A DNA stretch of 11,513 nucleotides from Paraspadella gotoi. Lineage: Eukaryota > Animalia > Chaetognatha. The translations under genes were made by a program, and so were the position numbers. Under the pieces are notes generated by a model. That model was not told the origin of the DNA. It worked only from the letters and a program-made list of their open reading frames with translations, and searched no databases. Shown here in pieces: positions 9,170 through 11,513 of this stretch. The stretch spans positions 10,823-22,335 of the forward strand of contig JBJCIZ010001066.1 in NCBI GenBank assembly GCA_051294375.1, read 5' to 3'. Numbering within the stretch: position 1 is the stretch's first letter; each line of letters begins with the position of its first letter.

Positions 9170-10320
9170 TTTTGAGGAATTTCAACAGATTTGTAATGCT
9201 CAAAGGTGCTTTGTACCGCAAAGGCTTCAACAAAGGTATCCACTCTCCTGTGCTGCAAGCTGTATTACCCGACAGCCTTGTACAAGAAGTTCTCCGAGAT
9301 TCTCATGGTTCATGAATGTCTGGCCATCCAAGCAACAACAAGATGCATGACAAAATAAAAGATATGCAATTTGGCCCACAATTAACCGAGATATTTCGGA
9401 ATTCACCAAAAGTTGTGCATTTGCGACCAATACGGGAACCGCAACCAAAAGTAAAAACAATGTTACAACCAGTAATCGCCGAAAACGTGTTCGACCACGT
9501 TATCTGTGATCTGTTGCAATTGCCAGTTGCCACCGGCAACTTCAAATATGTTTTAGTCTTTAAAGATGTGTTTTCTGGATATGTCAAATTGTACAAACTT
9601 GAAACAAGAACTCTATTGGAATCGCAAAAGCGTTTGAGAACCTTGTTTGCTTTGCTGGCCCACCTAAACGCCTAACATCAGACAATGGTGGTGAGTTTGT
9701 TTCTGATGTAATGGATGCTACATGCAAAGTCCTGGCACAAAGAAAAGGACTAGTGTCGCTTATCGACCACAATCCCAAGGCACTGTTGAGAGACAAAATC
9801 GAAACTCTCATAAAAGACCTTACCAAACGGCTTCAGCAGTATGGTAAGTCTTGGACGGATCATTTGCCTTATGTTGAATGGATATATAATACCACTCCAA
9901 TTGCTAAAACGACATGACACCCTTCTTGCTCTTCTTTGGAAGACCACCTCCATTGCCACAATTATCTATTGGTGGGAAGTCAAAGTTAAACATAGAACTT
10001 TGAATGAATATATCCAAATATGCGAAGAAGGTGGAACAAGTTAAAGAAAAAGCCTCTTCAAAAGAGAAAGGAGAGAAGAGCAAAAGAAGAAGAATATTAC
10101 AATAGAAAAGCCAAAGGCTCTCACCTTGAAGTTGGAGATAGAAGTGTAATGAACGTGTGCCTGATGAAAGGCGCAATAAGCTCGAGCAAGATGGCGTGGT
10201 CCGCTAACCGTTAAGGAAAGATGCACAAATTCCAAAGGAGGCCTGGAACCTCCTATTTTTGTGAAGACCACATTGGAAAGAAAGTTCGTAGAAATCGAGA
10301 ACAATTAAAAATTGTTAATG
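9170..10320 (+). other. Integrase: HHCC zinc finger, DD35E core and GPY/F-like module
   Basis: H (9304)..SGHP..WP..C..C (~9415-9425); ICDL (D at 9508); SDNGGEF (D at 9681); PQSQGTVER (E at 9788); YNTTP; WRGPLTV at ~10192-10212. Confidence 0.94.
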
Positions 10321-11513
10321 CAAATATAACGAACTGATGAAGTTCCACTTCCAAAGAAGAACCCAGATTTCCGGTTAGTCTATTTGCAGTTATCAATGCA
10401 TCAAACATTAGCTCGGACGTTGTACTGTACCAGCCGAGCCATCCTCAGAAGGTGCAACCCAACCAGAGACGGAAAATGTCCCACCTCCAGAAAATCTGGA
10501 TGATGCTGTTCAAGCGCTTCAATGCAGCAACAGCAAGGTTCGTGGAATTCTGCGAAGAACCAGAACAAATCGTGATTCCGATCCAGAGCTCATACCTCCA
10601 GAGGATTCGATTAATATTTTGGAAGTAGTATACTACCCTCAAATGAAGATGAAGAAAACGCCACATCCGTGAGAAAACCCATAAACGTAGTTTAGCTCTG
10701 CTAAAAGACGTTCTACCTCTACACCTAACACAAAAAATAGAGCAAGATCCAAGACTAGTACTACAGAAGCAAGCCAAATTATTCTAACAGTATGGCTAAG
10801 ATTCGAAATGCTTCCGAAACAATAATTCTCGATTCTCAGGAAACAATTACTATTGATTCCTCAGAAATCGGACAGGATCATTTGATGAGGTATTCTCTCC
10901 TTTACCGAATACGATCTTGAAGGGGAGGAGTTTCACAGAAGAAAATTTCGCCAACCGAATAGCCAACCACCCACCACCCTCTAGTACAAAGTATGTTACA
11001 ATAGGACCTAACAGTGTAGTTCGAAGGGACAAAAGAAGAAGTGAGAGAATCAGATCAAAACCTAAGCAAACTCCTTTGCTAGCAAGTACTCCTAAATAGG
11101 GGTAAGTGAATACATTTAAATACTTCTATAGATATTCCACAACTATAGACATAGTCAGTTTTGATTTTAGCATAGACAAGTAGAAAGCATGATTTTATTT
11201 ACAATTCTTCAAGATTGGATCCAGTGATTACACTGCAAGCTCAAAACCAAGCTAATTGCAAATCCTTGACAACTACAACATTGGCCAGTAAACCAAACAA
11301 AAGAAGATAACCTCACCCCTGTATGTATGGTGGTATGCATGATAAATTCTCCCCTCCTTTACTTCTTTGTTATATAACGTTATTATTTGAAGTGAATGTA
11401 GAATCATTTAAGTGAATTAGAATAAAAAAGTTCTATGAGTTATTTCTTTTAGTTATTCTTCTTTTGGCTTATAAACGATTGCTTTATAGCTTGTTAGGTT
11501 TTGCTGTTAGTGA

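Larger units (their letters stand above)
5391..11099 (+). mobile_element. Ty3/Gypsy LTR retrotransposon, gag-pol internal region (true element boundaries lie outside this span)
   Basis: Gag followed by PR-RT-RH-IN, the Gypsy domain order, with Gypsy-type motifs throughout. Confidence 0.97.
6568..11099 (+). pseudogene. pol: pol polyprotein (PR-RT-RNase H-IN), many frameshifts as assembled
   Basis: See the domain entries. The last segment ends …RRDKRRSERIRSKPKQTPLLASTPK* (TAG 11097-11099); RRSxRxRxxP is typical of Gypsy integrase tails. Confidence 0.9.

Noticed and set aside
10331-10350. CTGATGA hammerhead-core-like motif
   Set aside because: I could not build the matching GAAA core and three stems, and it lies in the pol tail.
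6449-11032. Short minus-strand ORFs across gag-pol
   Set aside because: Antisense shadows of gag-pol with no recognisable domains.
11093-11115. Purine-rich run AAATAGGGG followed by TG as a PPT and 3' LTR start
   Set aside because: The downstream sequence has no visible direct-repeat counterpart upstream of gag within the window.

Overview
Eukaryotic, probably metazoan, scaffold segment with a 100-N gap at 450-549. It is dominated by a Ty3/Gypsy (Metaviridae) LTR retrotransposon on the + strand: gag ~5391-6578, a -1 frameshift site, then pol ~6568-11099 in the order protease, insert, RT (YMDD), RNase H, integrase. Gag-pol is broken by many single-base indels. Head-to-head with it, on the - strand, is an uninterrupted, intronless ~730-codon ORF (3164->972). 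It encodes a DEDDy 3'-5' exonuclease with all catalytic motifs (WRN-exo/EXD2/Mut-7/RNase D-like) and probably continues through frameshifts into a second, degenerate exonuclease-like domain near the gap. A further frameshift-hidden ORF (from 4385) lies upstream of gag. Bases 1-379 are an inverted, error-rich copy of 3245-3598. No 3' LTR is visible in the window. Best overall hypothesis (inference): a large Gypsy element carrying an antisense exonuclease and an extra 5' ORF as accessory genes.
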